This document shows positions 1-7,246 of a DNA stretch of 35,379 nt, piece after piece (the first letter of the stretch is position 1; each line of letters begins with the position of its first letter). The notes below the pieces were generated by a model that ran no database searches, had not been told where the DNA came from, and was given only the letters and a program-made list of their open reading frames with translations. The position numbers and the translations under genes were made by a program. The stretch comes from a virus (taxonomy: Duplodnaviria > Caudoviricetes), in IMG/VR virus record IMGVR_UViG_3300025890_000063, positions 1 through 35,379 of that record; one strand, given 5' to 3'.

Positions 1-2
1 CA

Positions 3-200
3 ACAATTCACACCCTACACCCTGTTGAGCCGTTCTGTGCTCATTGCGGCAATGAAGTCGCCAAAGAGTGGGATGCCTACGCCGCTGAACGTGGCGAGAC
101 CATGGACCTGATAAAAACCATTGTCACAGCGAACGACAACCACCCCCAACTTGTTCAATGGGAAGGCTCGGCAATCAACGTAGAGGACTTATGGAAATGA
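3..200 (+). CDS. Partial hypothetical protein (C-terminus, CxxC motif)
   Basis: Open frame from window edge ...PFCAHCGNEV...EDLWK*, TGA overlaps next ATG (ATGA). Confidence 0.55.
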   Translation, partial: TIHTLHPVEPFCAHCGNEVAKEWDAYAAERGETMDLIKTIVTANDNHPQLVQWEGSAINVEDLWK

Positions 201-340
201 GCATCGACCCCAAACAAGACCAAATTGTTATCAACGACGCCAGCGAGCCAAACACGAATTCCGCTGCTGTCATAAATGACTTGGTTGTTATTCAAGAGCA
301 GCCCAAAAACGTCCTCCGAAGAATGCAGGAGGAAGAATAA
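197..340 (+). CDS. Small hypothetical protein
   Basis: GAGGA RBS, ATGA overlap upstream, TAATG overlap downstream; start at 197 (or 191) rather than 158. Confidence 0.5.
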   Translation: MSIDPKQDQIVINDASEPNTNSAAVINDLVVIQEQPKNVLRRMQEEE

Positions 341-654
341 TGCCAGCGCATACAACATGGACCACAAGGCAAACCGCCATTCTCTGTGAAGAATGGGCAA
401 TCGGGACAACAGCCGAAGCAATCGGCGATATGGCAGGCAAGCCTAAAGACGCGGTTATCGGTAAGGCTCGGCGCCTAGGTCTACCCCCACGCAAACCTTC
501 CCGCAAAGTCATCCAATGGGAAGAGGGAGACAAGAAGCGCCTGCTTAGACTGAGACGTGAGGGCGTTTCCTGGCCAGCAATTGCGGGTGAGCTGGGTCGC
601 TCATATTCAGCCGTTTACCAGAAATATGAATACCTTATGGAGAATGGCTTGTGA
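340..654 (+). CDS. gcrA: GcrA-family cell-cycle regulator-like protein with second HTH
   Basis: WT...L...W..G.TA..IG......AVIGKARRLGL is the GcrA N-terminal signature; second W...RLRREGVSWPAIAGELGRS HTH. Confidence 0.8.
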   Translation: MPAHTTWTTRQTAILCEEWAIGTTAEAIGDMAGKPKDAVIGKARRLGLPPRKPSRKVIQWEEGDKKRLLRLRREGVSWPAIAGELGRSYSAVYQKYEYLMENGL

Positions 655-737
655 TTAAGTTGTATCCCAACCGAAGCCTAGAAGAACTGAAGAAAATTCA
701 TGTGTTGCGCAAGAAACCAAAGGGGAAAGAAGAGTGA
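651..737 (+). CDS. 28-aa basic minigene
   Basis: GTGA overlaps at both ends; GGAG upstream; MIKLYPNRSLEELKKIHVLRKKPKGKEE. Confidence 0.45.
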   Translation: MIKLYPNRSLEELKKIHVLRKKPKGKEE

Positions 738-973
738 AACAAATTTATTGCACGCATTGCCTCGCCCTGTTCAGCAATCACCAAGGCTGCTTGAACCACA
801 TAAAGGACAAACACGACGGAAGCGGCACGCCTGCGAATGTTCCGTCTAAGCACGATCTTTTCTTACGGGAGATGACCAGCCGTCTACTGATTGACCACCT
901 GTTTGAACACAGCAAAGACGCGCTGACAATTGCAAAGAGCTACCTATCCGACGCGCAAGAAGGCGAAGGGTGA
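734..973 (+). CDS. C2H2 zinc-finger protein
   Basis: CTHCLALFSNHQGCLNHIKDKH = C-x2-C-x3-F-x8-H-x4-H. Confidence 0.7.
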   Translation: MKQIYCTHCLALFSNHQGCLNHIKDKHDGSGTPANVPSKHDLFLREMTSRLLIDHLFEHSKDALTIAKSYLSDAQEGEG

Positions 974-1038
974 TGTCCAGTCAAGTAACTGTTTCGTTCA
1001 TCCCTCCGCGCCTGATGAATCTTGAAGAGGCCCTATGA
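973..1038 (+). pseudogene. 21-aa minigene, possible remnant of an earlier Xis/HTH gene
   Basis: MSSQVTVSFIPPRLMNLEEAL*, coupled by TGATG and ATGA overlaps. Confidence 0.35.
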
Positions 1039-1322
1039 CCTATAAGCCCCTGCCCGACAAAGATTGGCTAACGGCCAAAGACATTGCCGACCATATGGAA
1101 TTGGAAGTAGGCTCTGTAAAAAGAAACTTGCTCGCCAAAGGGTATATCGAAGCTGTCAAGATCGGTCATGAATGGCGCATAGCGCGGGAGGCATATTTGC
1201 TATGGAAGCAGCCCCAGAGGGTAAACTTGTCTGGTATAGAAAAAAATGGGCAATCTACTATTACGACCCCAAGAGCCAGAGACTTACCCGACGTTCCACC
1301 CAGACAACCGACCGTGAACTAG
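1035..1322 (+). CDS. xis: Excisionase-like winged HTH protein
   Basis: WLTAKDIADHM...G.I.AVKIGHEWRI..E HTH_17 pattern; overlaps integrase start. Confidence 0.8.
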   Translation: MTYKPLPDKDWLTAKDIADHMELEVGSVKRNLLAKGYIEAVKIGHEWRIAREAYLLWKQPQRVNLSGIEKNGQSTITTPRARDLPDVPPRQPTVN

Positions 1323-2206
1323 CAGAGAGGGTCTTGCAGGAATGGAATGCGAAACTAAGACAGCCAGCAGACACAACCGTAGCCTCGATACTGGACTACC
1401 GCTATCAAGCCGTCGCGTCCTCGTTGGAAGCGCCAGAGGCTATGGTTTACAATATGAACGTGCTCAAGGCCCATCTAGGCCACATGGACGCCTCACGGCT
1501 CACAAAGGCCGATTACGCCGCGTTCATAGACAAGAGGCGTCCACACCTACCAGCAGCACGGAGAGAGCTAGCAACGCTCAACGCCGCCATCCGACTGGCG
1601 ATAGAAGACAAGATAATCTCAGAAGGCACTATAGCGAAAAGGCCCAAGGCTCCGCCACCGAGAGAACATTACGCAACGAAAGAACAAGTAGCGCTGTTGA
1701 TATCCCACCCAGAGACTTCGCCGCACCTACGGCTATTCGTGCAGCTGGCGTCTCTAACAGGCCGACGATCCGGCGCAATTCTAGATCTAACCTGGGAGCG
1801 CGTTCTATTCGAGATCAATCAAATAGATTTCAAAGTCCCAGGGGAGCAAGTGACAACCAAGCGCCGTGGCATCTGTCGGATGAATTCTATCATGAAGAGA
1901 GTGTTACTTACGGCCTACGAAGACAGGACGTGCAAGCATGTGATAGCGTTTCGTGGGAAGAGAATTCGCTCGATCAAGAAATCGTTTGCTCGCCAGAGAG
2001 AGAAAGCGAATCTCCCAAGTTGGTTCACGCCTCACGTCTTGCGCCACTCGGTCGCCAGTTGGCTAGCAATGGACCGGCTAACGTCAGACCAGATAGCGGA
2101 CATTACGGACTTAGATCCCGACACGGTGAAGCGCGTTTATCGGAAATTCAACCCCGATTACTTGCGCGACGAAATGGAGACTTTAGGGTCTGGTTTCGAC
2201 TGGTGA
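1202..2206 (+). CDS. int: Tyrosine recombinase (phage integrase)
   Basis: TGRRSGAILDLTW (R), K, PHVLRHS (HxxR), VKRVY (Y); GGGAGG RBS favours ATG at 1202; adjacent to att site. Confidence 0.95.
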   Translation: MEAAPEGKLVWYRKKWAIYYYDPKSQRLTRRSTQTTDRELAERVLQEWNAKLRQPADTTVASILDYRYQAVASSLEAPEAMVYNMNVLKAHLGHMDASRLTKADYAAFIDKRRPHLPAARRELATLNAAIRLAIEDKIISEGTIAKRPKAPPPREHYATKEQVALLISHPETSPHLRLFVQLASLTGRRSGAILDLTWERVLFEINQIDFKVPGEQVTTKRRGICRMNSIMKRVLLTAYEDRTCKHVIAFRGKRIRSIKKSFARQREKANLPSWFTPHVLRHSVASWLAMDRLTSDQIADITDLDPDTVKRVYRKFNPDYLRDEMETLGSGFDW

Positions 2207-2213
2207 GCGCTTG

Positions 2214-2232
2214 TTTTGTTCAACTGAACAAA
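2214..2232. repeat. attP arm palindrome copy 1 (TTTTGTTCAACTGAACAAA)
   Basis: TTTGTTCA-AC-TGAACAAA inverted repeat, identical 19-mer at 2439. Confidence 0.75.
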
Positions 2233-2280
2233 TCGCCAAAACCGGCCAAAAACATAACCTATTGTTTTTATTCAGTAAAA

Positions 2281-2325
2281 TGGTCGGAACGGCAGGATTT
2301 GAACCTACGACCCCTTCACCCCCAG
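2281..2325 (-). other. attP core: 3' half of tRNA-Pro(GGG)
   Basis: Minus strand CTGGGGG-TGAAG-GGGTC-GTAGG-TTCAAAT-CCTGC-CGTTCCG-A-CCA: anticodon loop, T-arm, acceptor 3' strand, CCA; no 5' half. Confidence 0.92.
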
Positions 2326-2438
2326 TTTAGACGACTAGCCGGAAAATCCCATAAGTTAATGAAAGTTAACGAAACTTTTAAAGTGAGTGGGCGCTTAAAA
2401 CAACAATACGGCCTTAAAATCAAGGATTCGATGCTGTT

Positions 2439-2458
2439 TTTTGTTCAACTGAACAAAA
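2439..2458. repeat. attP arm palindrome copy 2
   Basis: TTTTGTTCA-AC-TGAACAAAA on the other side of the core. Confidence 0.75.
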
Positions 2459-2559
2459 CCGGCAAATCGGTCGCATGGCGCATTGTGCTTACGCGCTTGC
2501 TGAAATCCCAACAGCCCAAGAGCGCGAAACGGATTTTAAGACCGAATTGCACCGGTCGG

Positions 2560-2572
2560 AATCAACAACTTA
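2560..2572 (+). promoter_or_regulatory. IHF-consensus site
   Basis: AATCAACAACTTA matches WATCAANNNNTTR exactly, in the attP/promoter interval. Confidence 0.5.
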
Positions 2573-2651
2573 ACCGTATCGAATTCGTCAAACCCTGCGA
2601 TTCCCGCAGGATTCAAGAGGCGGATTTGTCAAACTCGAAAGGACTCACAAC

Positions 2652-2921
2652 ATGGATGGAGACTCCAGATACAAACTTTTCCGAAACTTCATGGTCAACG
2701 AACTTGGTCTAACAAAGGCAGATATTGAGAGATGGACGAAAGAGGCGGTTCGCAATCAAGTTAAGCGCCACATGGAAACCTGTGACTTCAAAGACTTGAT
2801 CAGACGCCAAACGAAGGACGCTGTTTCGGATGAGGTTCGCAGAAACGATGTGTCCACGATCATCTCTCGTAAAATCCTTTCAGAACACGAGATCGTGCTG
2901 AAAAAGAAAAATCGATTGTAA
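2652..2921 (+). CDS. Hypothetical protein
   Basis: AAAGGA RBS, 89-aa helical ORF, first of rightward accessory cassette. Confidence 0.75.
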   Translation: MDGDSRYKLFRNFMVNELGLTKADIERWTKEAVRNQVKRHMETCDFKDLIRRQTKDAVSDEVRRNDVSTIISRKILSEHEIVLKKKNRL

Positions 2922-2942
2922 CCTAACAGAAAGAAGAATGAA

Positions 2943-3194
2943 ATGGACAGAAACAACCCCGGGACTATTTCAAACGCCGTAAAGACCAAGCTTTTTCCCG
3001 CCTCGGGGACCCCCGAAGGAGACTTGTTGCGGGTGAATGAATTCAAGGGAGTCGGTCGCGTGAACCATCCACGACCGACCAAACGAAGCTGGAGCTTCTG
3101 GGCTGAGTTAAAAGCTATTTGGTCCAGGCGATTCCGGAAGAGCAAGCGAACGTCACAGAGACGGGCGCGGAAGATCACGCGAGCAAACCGTTAA
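2943..3194 (+). CDS. Hypothetical protein with Arg/Lys-rich C-terminus
   Basis: ORF behind repeated leader AACAGAAAGAAGAATGAAATG. Confidence 0.6.
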   Translation: MDRNNPGTISNAVKTKLFPASGTPEGDLLRVNEFKGVGRVNHPRPTKRSWSFWAELKAIWSRRFRKSKRTSQRRARKITRANR

Positions 3195-3210
3195 TTGAAA
3201 GGATTATGAA

Positions 3211-3636
3211 ATGAAACAACGATACGCACGATTGCAACCTCGGCCAGAAGTGGGTGAGGTTGTTAAAGACATACCTGCGACTGTAATTCTGAGGACAGCC
3301 GAAGAAGATCCCGTTGGTATCGGGCTGGCTGTCGTTCGCGGAGCTGAGGATGACGGCGTTCACGTCCCGACGTGTGGAGGCCAGGACTTCTTTGGGGTTA
3401 CCGTCTTTGACACGAAGTTCCTGCAAGGCGACCACTACGCGGCAGGCCAGGAGCTACCCGTTCTGGTGAAAGGCGCGCTTTGGGTTATGTGCCTGGACGG
3501 CGCTCTGCCCGGTGACACTGTGTCGTTTGATTCCGCTTCCGGCGGTCTCGGTGTTACCGTTGGCGATCTTGTTCAAAACGCAACGTGGGAAACCACAACA
3601 GCGGCAGGCGAGATCGGCATCGTTTTTATAAGATAA
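3211..3636 (+). CDS. Capsid cement/decoration-like protein (Gp24/DUF2190-like), orphan
   Basis: G.GLAVVRG...F.GVTV.D...VL.KG.LWV...GD.V...NA.W.T..AAGEI pattern of head cement proteins; GAAAGGA RBS. Confidence 0.65.
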   Translation: MKQRYARLQPRPEVGEVVKDIPATVILRTAEEDPVGIGLAVVRGAEDDGVHVPTCGGQDFFGVTVFDTKFLQGDHYAAGQELPVLVKGALWVMCLDGALPGDTVSFDSASGGLGVTVGDLVQNATWETTTAAGEIGIVFIR

Positions 3637-3677
3637 CGAACTCGAGCTAACCCCAAAGCAACAGAAAGAAGAATGGA

Positions 3678-4364
3678 ATGAAGAAACTACACACGGCGGG
3701 TTTTGCTATTGCCGCCTTGGCCATTTCGGCATTTGTTTTCCTGGCTTTCAGCTATGAGAAAAACCTTAGCGGGGCTGTCGTGGTGTACGAGAACGGCGAA
3801 CCGCTTAGAGCGGGGAAGTCTGTTTTGACAAATCCATTCACTCAAAAAGTGGCGCATCTCGACTTTTCGATGTGGGGCTATCGGCTTGGGCCTTACAAGT
3901 TCTTGGTGAAAACAGCAGAGGGTGACGCTCATATCCATGCAAACCTTCGCTTTTCGGTAGATGTGAAACAGGCGCACCTGGTCCACCACAAATTCAAGAC
4001 GATTGAGGCCCTAGTGCGAGACCACATAGAACCCGCCATCAGAGAGCACTTAAAGGGCAAGGAGGCACAAAGTCTTGTTGCGGCTAGGTCTACTTACCTC
4101 CAGGCAATGGAAGACCTGGAGGGCGATTTCACGGCCTACAAAGACCTGATGCAAGGTTGGGAGCTTAGCCACCGTTTCAGCCACTCCCAAGAGGTCTACC
4201 TTTTCTCTCACTACCGCGGAGTTTTCGGCGACCTTCATCTTGAAATGCTACAGCCTTATCAAGACATAGCGACATGTGAAAGAGTGGCCGCAAGTAAAAG
4301 CGCTGCGACAAAAAACAAACGTGAATCTTACCAGTGCCACAACTCACCTTATTCACGGATCTAA
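3678..4364 (+). CDS. Membrane-anchored SPFH/band-7-like protein with unrelated Cys-pair C-terminus
   Basis: N-terminal TM, NPFTQKV, VKT.EG, LRFSVD, I.P.IR motifs. Confidence 0.55.
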   Translation: MKKLHTAGFAIAALAISAFVFLAFSYEKNLSGAVVVYENGEPLRAGKSVLTNPFTQKVAHLDFSMWGYRLGPYKFLVKTAEGDAHIHANLRFSVDVKQAHLVHHKFKTIEALVRDHIEPAIREHLKGKEAQSLVAARSTYLQAMEDLEGDFTAYKDLMQGWELSHRFSHSQEVYLFSHYRGVFGDLHLEMLQPYQDIATCERVAASKSAATKNKRESYQCHNSPYSRI

Positions 4365-4389
4365 CCCCATAACAACAAGGAGCCATAAG

Positions 4390-4680
4390 ATGGCTAAAAG
4401 AAACTGGACGAAGCTGCCCGATGCCGCAGATGGTCACTATGTTCTCGACGGCATCGGTGCCGTAGTTAGCAGCGCATACAGCAAAGGGGAAACCAACAGT
4501 GGATGGCGTGGAGCCGTCACATTAGGAGAATTTGAGTTCCAAGCCGCATACCTATTCGGCGACGAAAGAAACGCCGTGGACCATGCTAAAGATTTTGTAA
4601 TAAGCCTGCTCGACAAGGAGAGTGACAGGCTTATTACGCACGACGATGTAGAGCTAGCGGTTAATGGTGTGCCTGTATGA
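4390..4680 (+). CDS. Hypothetical protein
   Basis: AAGGAG RBS before ATG 4390 (MAKRNWT...). Confidence 0.7.
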   Translation: MAKRNWTKLPDAADGHYVLDGIGAVVSSAYSKGETNSGWRGAVTLGEFEFQAAYLFGDERNAVDHAKDFVISLLDKESDRLITHDDVELAVNGVPV

Positions 4681-5006
4681 CTGAACAGCTACAGACAACA
4701 ACAGCTCATGTCGGCCTAGACTTAGGAGAAGAAAGCAAAAGCGTAGTGAGCTTTGAGTGGGCCGAATGGTGGAATTCAAAACCCGGGAAAAGTCAGGGCT
4801 ACCACTTTGATCATTTGACCGATAAGGAAGCTCGCTGGGGCTTTCACAGGGGCGAGGATGGAGAGATATCCTTATGGGCTGACGAAGACAAAAACGTCGG
4901 CACGGTCTACGTTCATCTTTCTCCGGAACAGGCGCTAGACCTGTCAAAGAGGTTGATGCTATTAGGTTTGACTATTATAGCCGAGAGACTGGACGCACTC
5001 AATTGA
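4677..5006 (+). CDS. Hypothetical protein
   Basis: ATGA overlap; ends convergently overlapping the o-spanin. Confidence 0.7.
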   Translation: MTEQLQTTTAHVGLDLGEESKSVVSFEWAEWWNSKPGKSQGYHFDHLTDKEARWGFHRGEDGEISLWADEDKNVGTVYVHLSPEQALDLSKRLMLLGLTIIAERLDALN

Positions 5007-5250
5007 ACCAAGAGTCTGGCTTAGGTTTCGGAGTTACGGCGCATGCCGCGTCGTACTCCGCTATCAGCGTGTCGATAGATACGATTAGGTCGTCGTGTGT
5101 CTCTTCCGCGTGATTAAGGACGGTCTGATTCAGGTTCGCAATGGACTTGCTTAGGCCGTCACACGCCGCCCTTTGGCTTATTACGGTCTGCTCTGCTCCG
5201 CAACCGGTTAAGAGCAACATCACGATCACCGTTATTGCTTGGGGTTTCAT
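4999..5250 (-). CDS. Outer-membrane spanin-like lipoprotein (Rz1-like)
   Basis: Lipobox LLLTGC, overlaps 3' end of TM protein, last gene of lysis cassette. Confidence 0.75.
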   Translation of the reverse strand: MKPQAITVIVMLLLTGCGAEQTVISQRAACDGLSKSIANLNQTVLNHAEETHDDLIVSIDTLIAEYDAACAVTPKPKPDSWFN

Positions 5251-5443
5251 CTATCCGTTTCCTTGTTTCCGCGTCGGCTTTAGTTTGGGCTTGGTGCTGT
5301 TTGGCTTTTTGTTCGGCGGCACCTTCCCGCTTTAGCTTTGCTTTCCAGACTTTAGCCCCCAGCAAGAGCAAAGCGATGCCTCCGATTGCCTGAGCGATCT
5401 TGTTGTTCATCACGAAATTAACCGCTGTCGATAGCCAGATCAT
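5159..5443 (-). CDS. Inner-membrane spanin-like protein (Rz-like)
   Basis: N-terminal TM then charged helix; AGGAG RBS; overlaps lipoprotein gene. Confidence 0.72.
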   Translation of the reverse strand: MIWLSTAVNFVMNNKIAQAIGGIALLLLGAKVWKAKLKREGAAEQKAKQHQAQTKADAETRKRIDETPSNNGDRDVALNRLRSRADRNKPKGGV

Positions 5444-5447
5444 AGGC

Positions 5448-5582
5448 CTACTCCTGAACTTGCAATGAGCACGGCGGAGACGTAGCCGCCAATTTAGCGT
5501 TCTGTCCGTCGATTACTACAACAGCCAGAGCAAAGCCCGCCAATGCTGACAACGCACTGTAGACGGCGATACGGCCAATCAT
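5448..5582 (-). CDS. 44-aa single-TM protein in lysis cassette
   Basis: MIGRIAVYSALSALAGFALAVVVIDG...; ATGA overlap with endolysin stop; below ORF-track cutoff. Confidence 0.5.
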   Translation of the reverse strand: MIGRIAVYSALSALAGFALAVVVIDGQNAKLAATSPPCSLQVQE

Positions 5583-6334
5583 TTACTTTGCTTCCGCCAG
5601 TCGTCTAAGCGAGCATAGACAATCAGACCCAGGCCGGTAACGATGCCGCCGGCGATTATGTAAGGCCACCAGCCCTGAGGCACGAATGCAGCGTATTCTT
5701 GCGCCTTCTCTGGCGGAATGTATTCTTTTGCTGCGACGAAAACCCCAGCTATGCCCGTTCCCGTCAGTGTTCTCGATTTATAGAGCGGCTTTGGATCAGG
5801 CGGAACGCTGAACTCGACGTGCTCCCCAGACACTTCAACTTCAATTTTACCCAACGCTGCCGCAACGCCTGCTTCGATATCGCCTCGGTAGAACGGGTTT
5901 TTCTTGCCCGATTCTACTTCGCACATAGCCGCTGCCATCTTTGCTAGAATAGCAGGGTCGCTCAGGTTTAAATCCTCGTTGACGCTAAGGCCGGTTCGGT
6001 CTGAGACTCTCTCGGCGTAATCTCGGGGGTGATTGCCTTCGCCACTGTTGCTTGGAGCCCAACGCTCAAAGACCCCTAGCAATGTTCGAATACCGTGTCG
6101 TCTCTGGTAATTGCGCAACACCATTGCGAGCGCTCTAAAACCAAAGACGGCAGTTGAAAACGCACAGTGCTTATTGTCGGGAGACTTGACAAGGCCCCGC
6201 CAGTCGGCCCCGAGTTTAATCCCCCCGGGATTATTAAAAGCGAGAGTGAGGGGTAGCCTTTTGCCGTTTACGACTCTCTCGCCAGTGATATAGATTTTAG
6301 GGCTGTCTGCCCCTAGTCCTTTTGGTAATAGCAT
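5579..6334 (-). CDS. Endolysin (lysozyme-like NNPG family) with C-terminal TM segments
   Basis: NNPGGIK...W.G...F....GFRA....LRNY...G..TL....RWAP; MCEVES; C-terminal KPLYKSRT plus two hydrophobic segments. Confidence 0.78.
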   Translation of the reverse strand: MLLPKGLGADSPKIYITGERVVNGKRLPLTLAFNNPGGIKLGADWRGLVKSPDNKHCAFSTAVFGFRALAMVLRNYQRRHGIRTLLGVFERWAPSNSGEGNHPRDYAERVSDRTGLSVNEDLNLSDPAILAKMAAAMCEVESGKKNPFYRGDIEAGVAAALGKIEVEVSGEHVEFSVPPDPKPLYKSRTLTGTGIAGVFVAAKEYIPPEKAQEYAAFVPQGWWPYIIAGGIVTGLGLIVYARLDDWRKQSK

Positions 6335-6363
6335 AATCTAAACCGCCGCAAGGGCGGCCTCCT
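6335..6363 (-). promoter_or_regulatory. Hairpin-bridged Shine-Dalgarno of endolysin
   Basis: AGGAGG-[CCGCC-CTTGC-GGCGG]-TTTAGATT-ATG. Confidence 0.6.
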
Positions 6364-6847
6364 AGTTGTCTTGGGGTGTGACCCTAAAAATGTTGGAAGT
6401 TTGCTCGACGCGCTTCGTTACGAACCTATGGGGGTGAAAATCCCATCTTGTGAAAAGCTGATATTCTCCTGGCGAGACTTCGCAAGCGTTGCCCAAATAC
6501 CATTCGAGATTAAGAAGGTTGTCCCTCACGTTGGATTTCTGAATGTACTTATGACTGCCGTTTCCTTGACAAACAGAGACGCCAGAACCTACGCTCACCA
6601 TCTCAACAGTCCAATCCCCGCTTACAGTTTTGTGGACTGTTCGAGGATAACTGACGCGCACCGTTGACCAGTCTTCGTCTTGTCCAAAGTTCTGAACATC
6701 AATTCTAGGAACTGTGAAATACGCACTTGCGGGGAGAAAGTACGGGCGCAGGAAGAAAAAGGCCAACACACCTGCCAAGACCATCAGCACCGTGTACGAC
6801 AGGCCGCCAGTTACTACCCCATGGCTTTTAGCAACCGCGTTACCCAT
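6362..6847 (-). CDS. Membrane-anchored protein with periplasmic beta-rich two-Cys domain
   Basis: GGAG RBS before ATG 6847; one TM; beta-strand pattern; within lysis cassette. Confidence 0.7.
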   Translation of the reverse strand: MGNAVAKSHGVVTGGLSYTVLMVLAGVLAFFFLRPYFLPASAYFTVPRIDVQNFGQDEDWSTVRVSYPRTVHKTVSGDWTVEMVSVGSGVSVCQGNGSHKYIQKSNVRDNLLNLEWYLGNACEVSPGEYQLFTRWDFHPHRFVTKRVEQTSNIFRVTPQDN

Positions 6848-7152
6848 TCGGGTACTTCTCCGGTGAGCGCCCCGAAAAGCGCTGCTATCGCCGCGATCAG
6901 GAAGTAAGCTGCTTTTGATTTTAGCCATTTTAGCACTTTCAGAAATAAACCGAGATCGATGAAGTTGGCGTCAAGCGCCTCGACTTTGGTCTCTGTTGAT
7001 GAAGCGCGGTCATCTAGATCGGACAATTGTCCTTCATGATCCCGCAATGTTTGCTCAACATCTGGCTTCCAGTCTTTTAAGCTGGTTAAGTCAGATGTGT
7101 TTCTTTCCGAAGCTTCTTGAAGTCTTCCTATTTCGCGCTCTGTCATGCCCAT
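6814..7152 (-). CDS. Coiled-coil protein with C-terminal TM, holin candidate
   Basis: Heptad-like N-terminus, hydrophobic C-terminus, first gene of lysis cassette. Confidence 0.6.
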   Translation of the reverse strand: MGMTEREIGRLQEASERNTSDLTSLKDWKPDVEQTLRDHEGQLSDLDDRASSTETKVEALDANFIDLGLFLKVLKWLKSKAAYFLIAAIAALFGALTGEVPEWVTRLLKAMG

Positions 7153-7217
7153 TTCCTACAAGAATTGGCAGCTACAAAGCGCTGCTCTTTTGGTCCATAA
7201 AGGTTGTGTGTTGGGAG

Positions 7218-7246
7218 GGCGTGGCGAAAGCTGCGCCTTTTCTTTT
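7218..7246 (+). terminator. Intrinsic terminator on the antisense (+) strand
   Basis: GGCGTGGC-GAAA-GCTGCGCC-TTTTCTTTT; G-U pairs form only on + strand. Confidence 0.7.

Noticed and set aside
2281-2360. Complete tRNA-Pro gene
   Set aside because: No 5' anticodon stem, D-arm or 5' acceptor strand; att core only
2356-2369. CtrA box
   Set aside because: TTAA-N6-TTAA, not the N7 consensus
1342-2712. 456-aa + strand ORF
   Set aside because: Alternate frame over int and attP; WSERQDLNLRP is the usual translation of an antisense tRNA end; low-complexity R/S composition
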